Source: Octopus bimaculoides
Lineage: Eukaryota
Direction: 5' to 3'
DNA length: 64,000 nucleotides
NCBI RefSeq assembly: GCF_001194135.2
Contig: NC_068991.1
Coordinates: 1,201,258-1,265,257, forward strand
A program made the translations under genes and the position numbers. Positions 14,005 to 27,447 of this stretch are shown piece by piece. Numbering within the stretch: the stretch's first letter is position 1; every line of letters begins with the position of its first letter. The notes below the pieces were generated by a model, which did not search any database, was not told the origin of the DNA, and saw nothing but the letters and a program-made list of their open reading frames with translations.

Positions 14005-14182
14005 ATGGATAAATATATGTATATGTATATATGTATGTATATATATATATATATGTATATGTATATATGTATATAAATATGTGTGTGTGTGTGCCTTTTA
14101 CATGCATATATATATATATATATACTTTCATATTAGATGTCTTGTTTACTGATAACCTTTGATATTTGATATCTAAGGAGTG

Positions 14183-14248
14183 TGTATATCCATGTGTATT
14201 ACGTATGTATATCCATGTGTATTACGTATGTATATCCATGTGTATTAC
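14183..14248. repeat. 23-bp minisatellite, about 2.9 copies
   Basis: Unit tgtatatccatgtgtattacgta. Confidence 0.9.
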
Positions 14249-15824
14249 ATGAATATATATATACACACATATACATGCGCGTATATATCTATCTTTCCAT
14301 GTATTTATGAGTGTATGTATACACGTGCGCATGTGTGCGTGCATGGGCATGTTAGGATGTGTGTGTGTGTGTGTGTGTGTGTGCACGTGTGCACGTGTGT
14401 GCGTGTGTGTTGACATCAGTGTTTCTTCTCGTTCCTCTCCCCATTCCCCTCATATATTGAACTTTCAATCATTTGTTGCTGTTGTTGGCAAACCTCCAAA
14501 ACACCTCCCACCTCTAACACCATGAACATTCATCAAATCTCTATTTCATGTCAAAGGTCAACAAACAACGTCAGCCTGGGTCAACACACTTGCACACACC
14601 CGAGCACACATATGCAGGTTCGCATACTCGCACATCCATGTATATCGTTTTTAAAACTGAAGACCAGATCTTGTCTCGCAACTCGAGTTTCAAGTCAAAA
14701 TCTCCGAGTTTCGGATGCCGGGATGGGAACCAACGCCGCTATCTCTTCAGTTATCCGGCCATTGAAAATTCCTGTGAATATATATATATATTGTGTTTGT
14801 GTGGTGTGTGTGTGTGTGTGTGTTAATATAGATTGAGTATAGATAGATATATACCGGCCTTNNNNNNNNNNNNNNNNNNNNNNNNNNNNNNNNNNNNNNN
14901 NNNNNNNNNNNNNNNNNNNNNNNNNNNNNNNNNNNNNNNNNNNNNNNNNNNNNNNNNNNNNNNNNNNNNNNNNNNNNNNNNNNNNNNNNNNNNNNNNNNN
15001 NNNNNNNNNNNNNNNNNNNNNNNNNNNNNNNNNNNNNNNNNNNNNNNNNNNNNNNNNNNNNNNNNNNNNNNNNNNNNNNNNNNNNNNNNNNNNNNNNNNN
15101 NNNNNNNNNNNNNNNNNNNNNNNNNNNNNNNNNNNNNNNNNNNNNNNNNNNNNNNNNNNNNNNNNNNNNNNNNNNNNNNNNNNNNNNNNNNNNNNNNNNN
15201 NNNNNNNNNNNNNNNNNNNNNNNNNNNNNNNNNNNNNNNNNNNNNNNNNNNNNNNNNNNNNNNNNNNNNNNNNNNNNNNNNNNNNNNNNNNNNNNNNNNN
15301 NNNNNNNNNNNNNNNNNNNNNNNNNNNNNNNNNNNNNNNNNNNNNNNNNNNNNNNNNNNNNNNNNNNNNNNNNNNNNNNNNNNNNNNNNNNNNNNNNNNN
15401 NNNNNNNNNNNNNNNNNNNNNNNNNNNNNNNNNNNNNNNNNNNNNNNNNNNNNNNNNNNNNNNNNNNNNNNNNNNNNNNNNNNNNNNNNNNNNNNNNNNN
15501 NNNNNNNNNNNNNNNNNNNNNNNNNNNNNNNNNNNNNNNNNNNNNNNNNNNNNNNNNNNNNNNNNNNNNNNNNNNNNNNNNNNNNNNNNNNNNNNNNNNN
15601 NNNNNNNNNNNNNNNNNNNNNNNNNNNNNNNNNNNNNNNNNNNNNNNNNNNNNNNNNNNNNNNNNNNNNNNNNNNNNNNNNNNNNNNNNNNNNNNNNNNN
15701 NNNNNNNNNNNNNNNNNNNNNNNNNNNNNNNNNNNNNNNNNNNNNNNNNNNNNNNNNNNNNNNNNNNNNNNNNNNNNNNNNNNNNNNNNNNNNNNNNNNN
15801 NNNNNNNNNNNNNNNNNNNNNNNN

Positions 15825-15855
<31 letters not shown>

Positions 15856-16681
15856 GTATGTATATGTGTATGTGTATGTGTATGTATATGTGTATGTATG
15901 TATATAACTATATATGTGTCTATAAAGATTGCATGTGTACTTCTGCGTTTGAGAGAAGAAGAAAGAGAGAAAGTGAAAGAGTTTTAAGTGACTTGTTCCT
16001 TCTTTATCTCTTTGAGTATGTAATACTATTTCACTCTGTTTATGAAAATACCGATCCCACGAGAAACGCACACGCACACACATGTATACATACATACATA
16101 CATACATACATACATGTATATGCACACATGCTATTACATACGCTTTCACACGCACATAAAAACACATGCACCAGAGCCATAGTCCTAATTGTTGACACTT
16201 AACACTGTCCCCTTACTAGAGTCCCTCCTTTTTGGTTGCAACGTTTGCCGTCTCCCATTCGCAATGACTTCTCCTATATATTCTGCCAAACAGGCAAACC
16301 CCGCTTCTTCATTCTGTGTACCCTAATCCTCATAGAGCCACGTACACCGACGTCATATTGCACGTGGTCACGTGAGACGGTGCAACTTCAGCAGCTGAGA
16401 TCTTCAATGGTGTCCTTACTCAGTGCAGCTTTGTCACTTTCCTTCTTCGTCAGAGTTCTGAACTCCGCCCTTTCCAGGCAAACAGATGAAGAAGTTCCAT
16501 TTAATCTCACACCCCATATATCTACACACATCGATAATCTCCATAATATATAACATTGAACAAACTTATATGAATTCCCGCCATATTTCCCATAAACATT
16601 TCACTTCTAATACGGGATGGTCATGTCTGGAAATGCCTTTGAACAACGGTCTACTTGATGAAGTCTGGCCTGCAGTTAAGC

Positions 16682-16712
<31 letters not shown>

Positions 16713-17155
16713 GCAGCAACGAAACATCACTTTTAACTATCCCACCATAGCCACCCCTCCAACCCACCGTCACCACCGCCACCTTCACAGTTACGTTCAT
16801 TTCCATACAACTACCACCATTAACAGTTCATTCTCTGACATAACCACCAGCATCACCACCACCACCACCACCACCACCATATTAACCCTTTCACCAGCCT
16901 TCATTATCTTTACCCTCACCCTCTCATCTCCCCTACCTCTACCTATCACTAATACCCTAATTCCCCAAGCTGACAACACCACCACCACCACCACATCCCT
17001 CACCATAACTACCGCCCCATTTCACCTCCAAGACAAACTTACAAAATGATGACAACATTGCGATGATAAAAATTAAAATGGGATACAATTAACAATTTCT
17101 GCAACAATGTAATTAATCTACCATCACACACAGGAAGACATGCAGCAATGATGAC

Positions 17156-17196
<41 letters not shown>

Positions 17197-18300
17197 CAAG
17201 AACGATAATGAGAATGATAATCACAGCCAAAGCAGCGATTGGGATAATGGTGTCTTAATTTGGCGTGAAGGCATTTGTAAAGCAATTAGTGTTACGTATT
17301 TCTATCGACGTGGGTCACAGGAATTCGCATAACGAGTCATCACGGAGAGATATTAATTCGTTGGTCGTTCATCCAGATAATCCAAATCTAAATGACTCAA
17401 GGCTTACAGGGGAGGTGTGATGATGTTCATGCTTTTCTGTATATTTTTTGTTTTGGTTTGTTTGTTTTCGTCGTGTAAGAAGTAAATATAAAAAGAAGTT
17501 TCTTCGACCGGAAGTTAAAAACTGGATCGCTGACCGAGTCAGGTCATTGCACACCCTTCCATTTCCTCTCAGACAACTGTTAGCCATACGACTTAGCTTT
17601 TAATGAGGAATTATGGCTGGAGTTATCTTGTTTTGGCACCAAGAAATAATGATTGTCACACCGTCTCTTTCCACATATCTCAGGAGGAAATTCTTCTACA
17701 AGAGTTTCATGTAATTATTATTGCTGTCCTTATTAACCTCAGGTCAACTTCAGTCATGCAGTGATAAGAGACGTTCTGGTGGTTACCGTTCCATTTATAA
17801 TTAGGAATATATTATACAATTTTTTTTTTGGCGAGGGTGGGAAGGTGGGGGCAGGTATGCTCATCATACCGCCTGATTTAGTACCACTTCCTGGTTAATG
17901 ATGGAATTTTAGCAGAAAATGCATTGTAAGGACTCGATCAGGTTATCGACAGGGATTATCGTATTCTCATGGCTTAACGACACCATCTGCACTTTCCCAG
18001 ATGTATAAAACTGAAAATAAACACCCCTATCCCTAACATCTGTGGTTTCTGATTTAACCAAGGTCCTTCACCTTCGAAATGGAACGTTCGGGCGCGGCTT
18101 TGTGATCACTGGCCATTTGGTAGGCCTGACTGGATATTCAGCTTGTGTTTGCCTTAGTATGGCTTGGCACTAGAGACCAACACACACACACGCACGCATC
18201 TAGTTTGAGTGAAAGAGAAGAGAGAGATATTATACATATATAGTCATAACTGGAGACTCATACCTATGAACTGAGAGAACGAGAGGGAGAAGATAGAGCT

Positions 18301-18457
<157 letters not shown>

Positions 18458-18734
18458 AAGAGCAACATTAAAATGATAGAAATCTTAAAACGTTTGATGT
18501 CAAATGAGTGCTAAATTAGCGACGTCAAATAGGCGGCGGCAAAACGCCTGTGCCAAAAAGTCTCATATCTCTTACACAGTAGTAATAGTAATAGTAGTAG
18601 TAGTAGCCGCAGCAGCAGTAATAGTAGTAGTAGTAATAGTTGCCGTCGTAGTGGTGGTAGTAGAGTTGTGGTTGTAGGCATGATAGTGGTGGAAGGTTGG
18701 TGATAACATGAAAGAAATGGTAGTTGTGTCGTTG

Positions 18735-18766
<32 letters not shown>

Positions 18767-20610
18767 GGTGACAGCGTTGGTGATAGGGGGTGGTAGTGAT
18801 GGTGTGTTTAATTAGAGGTGTGGAGTTGGTGTCTATGCCTGCTATAAGAAATGATTAACCGAACAATTGTTAATTATTGTCAAATATTTGGGGTCCATTA
18901 AACACTTTGTCAAAATTCGTTCACCTTCCACATATCAAACTGATTTCGCATCGATGTCACATCACCCCCACCCCTATCATCCCCATNNNNNNNNNNNNNN
19001 NNNNNNNNNNNNNNNNNNNNNNNNNNNNNNNNNNNNNNNNNNNNNNNNNNNNNNNNNNNNNNNNNNNNNNNNNNNNNNNNNNNNNNNNNNNNNNNNNNNN
19101 NNNNNNNNNNNNNNNNNNNNNNNNNNNNNNNNNNNNNNNNNNNNNNNNNNNNNNNNNAATCATCTATTATCACCACCACCACCACTACCACCACCACCAC
19201 CACTATTACTAACCCTGGCCCTCATCACCATCATCGTCATCATCGTCATCATCGTCATCATCGTCATCATTTTCGTCGTTCTTATTAACCTCGATCATAA
19301 TTAAGGAAATGAGTTTATCTGACAAAACGGTTTTGTCTGTCATTGCAATGTTTCTTTATTGTTAACTTCGCCTCCGCCACTCACTCCCCCCCTCTCAAAT
19401 TCCATCCCTCAATACCTTCCTCCTCCACTCACCGAGCCGCAAGAATATAACACTACCTAAAACCCCCTAAAGAACCAATCAGCCAACCAACCTCCACCAC
19501 CACCACCACCACCACCACTGCCGCTTCCATCACCGCAACAATAATTAAATACAGGAGAGTATAACAATACATAAAAAAAGAATAGAGGTGGGGAGAGAAA
19601 TAAACTAGAATAAAAGACATTCCTTTATTCTTGAATAATAGAGGAATTATCAAAGAATAATGGTTTTCGTAATCCTTGGGGAACAATTTCAAGCATTATA
19701 GAACTGTTGGCAGTTGGAACGAGTCGCTCTCTTTATGTCGCTGCTGCCCAACCATTTTCGTCACAGGGTCCGCTTCGTGTTTACCTCAAAGAAAACGCTC
19801 ATCCCACCACAAACGGACAGAATTAATATATATGTATGACGCATTATTTACTGAAAAGTTCCGATTTTCTGTACTCAGAGTGGCTCGTTTCAGTTAGAAT
19901 GCATCAAGGAATGCTCTACATTTATATCGAGTCCTGAAATTTATCACTTCTGGCAAATCACTGTTTACGGTAGATGAACATTCATGTTTTGGAAATTTCG
20001 AGAAATATGAAATACACCATTCTAACGGCAGAACTCGAAGTAGATAAAGCTATTAATATAGCGTGTAAAATATTGGGTTAGAAAAGCCCTTGGGTAGCCA
20101 AAAGACGAAGGTTTTTCATTCCTGCAGAGAAGTTTCCTTTCCGTGCTGAAGTTTTTAATTTAAACTTAAAAGCAAGTTTCGTCTGGATTTTGAAGTAACG
20201 AACACCTCACTAAACTGAGGCCACGCACTTCTATTAGAAATCTTAGCTTGTACATTTTCCTCCGAGGGAACCCGTCTCCAGAAAATATTAAACCCTGTAC
20301 CAGGATATATCCAGTATTCAGTTGAGCACCGTTCCTGCAATTAATAAGATTCAGGTAAATCATATATATTACTACATGTCTTTTCGTGAAGTTCCCCTGT
20401 ACTTTTGCGTGTGTATGTGTATGTGTGTGTGTGTGTGTGTGTGGGTGTCTGTGTATGTGTGTGTATTTATAAATATATATTTCCTGTATGTGCTTGCGTT
20501 TGTTTATGGACGCATATTTACATTGAGTTACACGCTTGCGATATTTCTAGAGATATTTATAACTCTGTATCTCTCTCTCTGTCCGTCCATCTCTCTTATC
20601 TCTCTCTCTC

Positions 20611-20664
<54 letters not shown>

Positions 20665-20665
20665 C

Positions 20666-20714
<49 letters not shown>

Positions 20715-20944
20715 TGTAATCTACATGTTTGTGTGTAAAATAATGGAGAGGGAGAGAAAGAGAGGAGTGAGAGAGAGAAGTGATAGGCATTTTATCGCCA
20801 ACAGACGTCATGTTTTCTTCTTTAAAGCGCCGAGTGCAAACTCGTCTCCTAAGCAACACTTGTTAAAATTAACAAAAAAAAAAAAAGAAAAAAGAAGCAT
20901 TGTTTTTTACAAAATTTTTATTTGAAAAAGGAAATATGGATAAA

Positions 20945-21590
20945 GGCACTAACTATTCCACAGTTACAAGCTGACAGATAAGGGAATCTTTATGGGGATA
21001 TATGAGCGGTTGTAATGTTTGGTGTGGGTAGGGATATTGTCCATACGGGGATAACTGACCTTAACATTGTTTGAGTTAGAGTTTATAGCATATATGCGTA
21101 GACAGGAAAAGTTTGGCTATATTTGTTCGACAGATTAAACCTGATAACTTTTCTTTTCCTAGTTCTACTCTTATGTGTAGTAGACTGGGTCTTATCCATA
21201 TAAACTGATTTCTTACTGAAGTCGTTCTCTGCTGGTACTTCATTATTGGTGGTTGGCATAAGGAAAATATACAACTCTGAAGATATATATTATAGTCTGT
21301 CCTTTCTATTCCAGTGACAACATTCCTAATAATAGATTGCGGGTGGCTGGAATATCTCTGAGTATAAATGATGCTCTCCTATGCTTTTGTGTAGCGCTTT
21401 GTCTTGCTTGCTATAGCTAAGTTAGTAACAAGTCAAACTTCTTAAATATTCCCTATAAAATCATTTCCAATTTATCCATGTTGTGACCATTCATACGGCA
21501 TGAGACTGTTACGATGTCATCTCCATACAATCCAGCCCGATAAGAGGAGAGGATGCATCCTTCTTCAATACGGTGTTTTAAACAACATAA
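20945..21590 (-). mobile_element. Penelope-like retroelement remnant (RT C-terminal half and linker), pseudogenised
   Basis: Minus-strand fragments read GLYGDD..MDKL..IFKKFDL (YxDD motif), YSSHPQSIIRN, KSVYMDK..RTRKRKVIRFN and NNVKVSYPRMDN. This is the motif order of Penelope RT/linker regions, broken by stops and frameshifts. Confidence 0.8.
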
Positions 21591-21611
21591 TTACAAATCT
21601 GCAGTAAATCC

Positions 21612-21647
21612 GATCACATGACTCTTCTGGATCACATGACTCTTCTG
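21612..21647. repeat. Perfect 18-bp tandem duplication
   Basis: gatcacatgactcttctg x2. Confidence 0.95.
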
Positions 21648-22204
21648 TATGAATGGAAACTGGCCTCACAAAGTGTCCGGTGAACACAATACCTCCCACC
21701 ATTCTGACTGACCACATGCATGTATCTGTGTGTGTGCGTGTGAAACTCCAAGGAGCAATAAAGTGAAATTCTATTCACCAATAAATTATAAATTGTGTTC
21801 TCTGTACTTTTCTCTTTTGTTTGTGCATCCTTCACTGCGTTGATCTCTTGTACGAATATGTGAATTTATATTCGTGTATATATGACTACCGCTTTGTATT
21901 TGTGTAACGCGTGTGTGAGTACAGTCGTGTATGAATGTGTGTGTGTCCGTGTGTGTGTGTGTGAGCGTGTGTGTGTGCGTGTTTGTCTCTTGCTTACTCT
22001 GATTTTTTTGCTTCCATTTGTAAATGTTGATTCACCAGAGAACAGTTGTTTAAAAATGGCGGCAGCAAAGTCAGGACAACTAGGAGAGAAGAATATCGTG
22101 TGACAAAGAAACAAACAAAATAAATAGTAAATAAACAACAATGAGAAGAAATAATTGAAAGAGGGAAGGAATATATAAATAAGGTTTCGGAAAGGGATTA
22201 GGGA

Positions 22205-22310
22205 GAAGAAGAAGAAGAAGAAGAAGAAGAAGAAGAAGAAGAAGAAGAAGAAGAAGAAGAAGAAGAAGAAGAAGAAGAAGAAGAAGAAGAAGAAGAAGAA
22301 GAAGAAGAAG
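22205..22310. repeat. (GAA)n microsatellite
   Basis: About 35 GAA units, followed by (GGA)n and (GCA)n. Confidence 0.97.
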
Positions 22311-22711
22311 GCAAAGGAGAAGGAAGGGGGGAGGAGGAGGAGGAGGAGAAGCAGCAGCAGCAGCCGCAGCAGTAGCTGAAAGTAGCAAAACTGGGGGAAA
22401 ATGAGAAGGAAAGCCACGAAAAAATAGTGTAAAGTGGATTTCCATTTGAATTAAGAGGATTAAGTCGAAAGGATGAAGGTTAAGATTAAACTGATAAAGA
22501 TAGTTTCTTTTGTATGTTTTTTTGTTGTATGTTTTTTTTGTTGTATGTTTTCTAATAAAAGCCTCTGACATTCATCCTGTAAACTCACCGCTCCCACCCA
22601 TCTGTCTCTTCTTGTTTATTCTGTCTTAACCCCTGCAAAATCTTCCCCTGTCCCAAAGGGCTAAACTAAACAGTCCGTCAAACGTACTACTTAAGTCCTC
22701 ACCATTTACGA

Positions 22712-22775
22712 GATGGTTGTCTGCTAGAAATAGTAACTGAATCTCCCTCAAACTTCACCCTGCGTATCTTAAGAA
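22712..22775 (+). repeat. Family D dispersed repeat copy
   Basis: CTGCTAGAAATAGTAACTGAATCTCCCTCAAACTTCACCC aligns to 8291-8320. Confidence 0.65.
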
Positions 22776-23436
22776 CAATCAGACGCTACAGTGCAATGTA
22801 ACTCAAGGTAGACATAGCCTGAATATAAAGAAAAAAAAAACATGGGTTGATGATGGTTTCTGTAACATATCCCATCATAGCTGAGCTCGATTAAGGCTGA
22901 TCGGGGACTAAACAATAAAACCAACAACGACTGCACATCGTTAAATCCTCCTTAATCCTTAATCCACCAACACCAGTTATGTGTCAACAACAATCAGTTG
23001 TGTGTCCAGATTTTTATGTATGGACAGTGACCGTCACAGCATCAAACTTTATATGCATGTTTGTGTATATACCGTGCGTACTCTATGTATGTATGTATGC
23101 ATGTATGTATGTATGTATGTATGTGTGCGTATATGTATGTAGAGATGAATGGATGGATTGATGTATGTATGTGCAAGTGTATATATATATATATATATAT
23201 ATATCTGTACACGCAGCAATATACCTTGTCTGCACATATGTATATATGGTTGTATATTTTGTGAGTGGATTCAATTCTTTAACCTACCACCACCACCACC
23301 ACCACCACCACCACCACAACCACCACAACCACCACCACCACCATCAGGCAGCACTGATCCCGAAGACCTATAACCAAAGACGTCCCAACTGTGGCCATCC
23401 TGTCTTTTGGTGCATATGCCCTTTATTCTCAGGTAT

Positions 23437-23974
23437 TCCAGAGACTGCTTTATTCCCCAACGGCAACTGACCCTCCGGCTGCATCTTGAGCAGTGTTGCT
23501 GCTGTGGTCCTACGCCATACACCCTCTATCGCCACTAAAACCTGCCTCAGTCAGTGGCACCAAGGCACTCTCCAACACCTTCCAAATTCTGGGGGATAAC
23601 CGTGCTGTCTGTCTGTCTGTCTCTCTTTCTCTGTCATCCCCCGTTCCTCACTTTCTTGATCTCGTGCCACTTTCACTTAGGTATTCCTGATTTAATTGTC
23701 TCTCTTCCTCTCCCACCATGGCCCACACTAATCCCTACGCCAAATCCTTTCCTTTCAAGAACATCCATTCTTTGGAATTCTCTCCCTGTTTCTGTGGGCT
23801 TTTTTCTTTCATTGTCTTGCAACGATTCAAGAGGAACGTTAACGAAGTCATACTCAGAGGTCTTGGAGCAAGGCCTATCAAGATCAGGTGAGAATTCAGC
23901 CATGACATTGGATTCGGGAAGCCAAAGAGGAGTCCCTGACAACATACTGGACCTCTCCCTTCAAAAAAAAAAAA
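23437..23974 (+). mobile_element. CR1/Jockey-group LINE 3' remnant with poly(A) tail
   Basis: Degenerate ORF2 C-terminus across frames: RDCFIPQRQLTL, ALSNTFQILGDNRAV, FLSRTSILWNSLP, RFKRNVNEVIL. It is followed by about 110 bp of 3'UTR and an A12 run at 23963-23974. Confidence 0.8.
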
Positions 23975-25757
23975 GGGGGGGGGACCCCCAAAACATCCCA
24001 ACAACCGTCATAACCCTTGAATTTTAAGCGGACCTCCATCCCGAGATCCAGCGGCATGGTTCCGTCTTGCTGCTAAGTTTTTCTCGGAAATCCCTTTCTC
24101 ATAGGGTCTAAAACGACCCTTATGCGCAGCTCTTTCATCTGAGCCATACTGATGAACACTCAGCCCCCACCATACACAACCTACGAAACGAGCAGGTAGT
24201 GTGCACTTTGAAAGAGAAGTGGTTGTTATTTCTCGCAGGTCGATTGCTTCAGTAGAAGTTCGTTTGATGGTTTTAAAACGAACATATCTCAAGTAGATGT
24301 GAGTGAACTCGAGACTGTCGGTGCCATGTTGGTGGTGGTAATCAGTGCTAAAAGTGGAGGTGGGGGCTGAGTCATATCGGTTGTGTGTTTATTACAAGAA
24401 CTTTACTAATTTGTTTGCTAATTATCTTCTTACGTATATCTACTTAGCAATTAACTTAATTTATATACTCCACCTTTCACACCTATGTCACTCTGTCCAC
24501 ACATATCTATACAGAGATTTATACACACATTATACATACATTATACTTACATATATTCATGTGTATATGTATGTACTTTTGTCCGTAATTAGAAATATAA
24601 TTGTGTATGTGTGTGTGTGTGGCACACACACACACACACATATATATGTATATGTATGTATGTATATGTATGTATATAATTTACATATATACAGAGTTAT
24701 ATATGCATAATTATGTTTACATGTTCACTGTACTTTGACTAAATTATTTTTCGTTTTAATTTTTTTCTAGGCTTGACCACTTGATGAGTGACCACTGAAC
24801 ACTGGACTTATTAACTCAAGCCACCTGCTGTTTCTGCCCACACCTTGTATATTTTGGAAACGGTTGACCACATCACAATTACGTCACAGATCACTATTTG
24901 ACCACACCCTCCTCCTCCTCCTCCTCCTCCTTCTCCTCCTTTTCCTCCCCCCTCTCTCTCTCTATCGGAACCAGTATCAGAGCCAGCCCCAGCTGCAGCA
25001 CACCGCCACCATCACTAGCGAGAGAGCACCAACAGCACTGGTTACATCACCAACACCAATGGCTTCATAACAAGTAAAAGCATTTGACAACTTCGCCTTC
25101 TATCTCGTCGTCATCATCATCATCATCATCATCATCATCGTCATCATCGTCATCATCGTCATCATCGTCATCATCATCATCAGCAGCAACAACAGTAGCA
25201 ACAACTACTACTACTACTACTAGAGTAACATCAATATACAGCAAAAAGACAACATCTACAATAACAACAACATAAATACAAGCAACAAAAAGAAGCAAGT
25301 GTAAGGTTTTCAGAAGAACATCCCCCGACCCCATCCCAGCGCTAAAAACCAGTACAACAACAACAACAAGAAGAACACCAAGAACAACGACAACATCAGC
25401 AACGAGGAGGAGGAGGAGGAGGGAGACCAGAGCAAGATCTAAGCTAAATGGCCATCCAATTAAATTGCTAATAGCTTTGAAATTGTTTTTGTGAGCGAAG
25501 TACCCTGAAAGGTCAATTGCTTGACCCCCCCCCCCCCGGTGTCTACGAAGGCGGTGACCAGTCGTTTATTACCAAAGAAACAAACATCTTCATCTGTGCT
25601 GGTGATAGGTCTGAGAAGCGTCCAGCCTGCGTGAGTATTTGATGGCTATTTAGGGATGACCATGAGCTGCTGGGGGTGGTGGTGTTGTCGGGGTGGGGAG
25701 GTGGCGGTGGGACTTGAAACGTTTAAGAGGAGACATTCACTTTTATAGGTGAGGGAC

Positions 25758-25789
<32 letters not shown>

Positions 25790-25898
25790 GGGGAGGGTTG
25801 AAGGAGAAAGTGAGACTGTGAGAAACGAAGAGGTAAACAGAAAAGATCAAAGGAAGATCAAAAGGCGGAAGAGAAAAGGAGGGAAAGAGTGTTGTATG

Positions 25899-25929
<31 letters not shown>

Positions 25930-26127
25930 TAGAAAGGTAGATAAATAGAGGAATACATAGATAGATAGATTGAGAGACCGTTAGATAAATAAAGATAGAT
26001 AAGTAGTTATGTGTATATATATATATATATATATTTATATAAATAAGGGTAAGATCGATATTTAAAATATTGATCTTATCAAGTGGTCAGCATGGGAATA
26101 AAAACCATCAAAGGTAATAATTATGTA

Positions 26128-26172
26128 AAATTATAATACAGGGTATCTCTTAGATACCCTGTATTATAATTT
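26128..26172. repeat. Perfect 21-bp inverted repeat with 3-nt spacer
   Basis: aaattataatacagggtatct-ctt-agataccctgtattataattt, checked base by base. Confidence 0.95.
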
Positions 26173-26646
26173 ATATATATATNNNNNNNNNNNNNNNNNN
26201 NNNNNNNNNNNNNNNNNNNNNNNNNNNNNNNNNNNNNNNNNNNNNNNNNNNNNNNNNNNNNNNNNNNNNNNNNNNNNNNNNNNNNNNNNNNNNNNNNNNN
26301 NNNNNNNNNNNNNNNNNNNNNNNNNNNNNNNNNNNNNNNNNNNNNNNNNNNNNNNNNNNNNNNNNNNNNNNNNNNNNNNNNNNNNNNNNNNNNNNNNNNN
26401 NNNNNNNNNNNNNNNNNNNNNNNNNNNNNNNNNNNNNNNNNNNNNNNNNNNNNNNNNNNNNNNNNNNNNNNNNNNNNNNNNNNNNNNNNNNNNNNNNNNN
26501 NNNNNNNNNNNNNNNNNNNNNNNNNNNNNNNNNNNNNNNNNNNNNNNNNNNNNNNNNNNNNNNNNNNNNNNNNNNNNNNNNNNNNNNNNNNNNNNNNNNN
26601 NNNNNNNNNNNNNNNNNNNNNNNNNNNNNNNNNNNNNNNNNNNNNN

Positions 26647-26723
<77 letters not shown>

Positions 26724-26760
26724 GAGCGAGATTGATTGATTGATTGATAAAATGGTTGGC

Positions 26761-26791
<31 letters not shown>

Positions 26792-26848
26792 CAGATAAAT
26801 AAATATACAGACCGGCTGACAGGCAGACAGCTAGATAAATAGATGCAT

Positions 26849-26881
<33 letters not shown>

Positions 26882-27147
26882 TTGACAGCTGGCAAGAGGG
26901 AGAGGGAGAGGGAGAAGAATGTGAGAAATATTTAAGTTAAAGAAAGAGAAAGAAAGAAGGAAAGAAGGAAAGTAAGAAACAAAAAGGGAGTTATAAGAAT
27001 TACATGAGAAGAAAAAACGTAAAAATCTGAGAAATAAGGAAATACAAACAAAACAACAACAGAACAAAGTACACAAAAAAAGAACAACGAATAAATTAAG
27101 AAAAAATTGTGAAGTTTAAAACCTTAAAAAATGTACAACGAGGTTGA

Positions 27148-27202
27148 GACCGGAAGTGACCGTTCAGGAAGTGGCCAAATAGTTATTGCACTTCAATATA
27201 AG
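27148..27202 (+). promoter_or_regulatory. Candidate promoter or enhancer: tandem ETS sites plus a TATA-like element
   Basis: GACCGGAAGTG (27148-27158), CAGGAAGTG (27165-27173) and TATAAG (27197-27202), about 1.75 kb upstream of the GPCR ATG. Motif evidence only. Confidence 0.3.
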
Positions 27203-27284
27203 GGGCTTAAAGTAGACTTATTATCACTCTCATAACTGTGATTATTTATATTTTTATTTTTATTAGTAGCAGTCGTATTACTAC

Positions 27285-27285
<1 letters not shown>

Positions 27286-27315
<30 letters not shown>

Positions 27316-27447
27316 CTTCTTCTTCTTCTTCTTCTTCTTCTTCTTCTTCTTCTTCTTCTTCTTCTTCTTCTTCTTCTTCTTCTTCTTGTTCTTCTTGTTC
27401 TTCTTGTTCTTCTTGTTCTTCTTCTAATTATTATTATTATTATTATT
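27286..27447. repeat. Compound (GTT)n-(CTT)n-(ATT)n microsatellite
   Basis: Three adjacent triplet arrays whose units differ at one position. Confidence 0.97.

Noticed and set aside
16486-17049. 187-aa ORF with poly-Q and poly-T
   Set aside because: It stays open because the strand is G-poor and built from CAA/ACC repeats. There is no recognisable domain or splice context.
24149-24195. CTGATGA...GAAAC pair
   Set aside because: The intervening sequence cannot form stem II.
25507-25530. AGGTCA-n6-TGACCC inverted nuclear-receptor-like site
   Set aside because: A single short motif with no supporting context.
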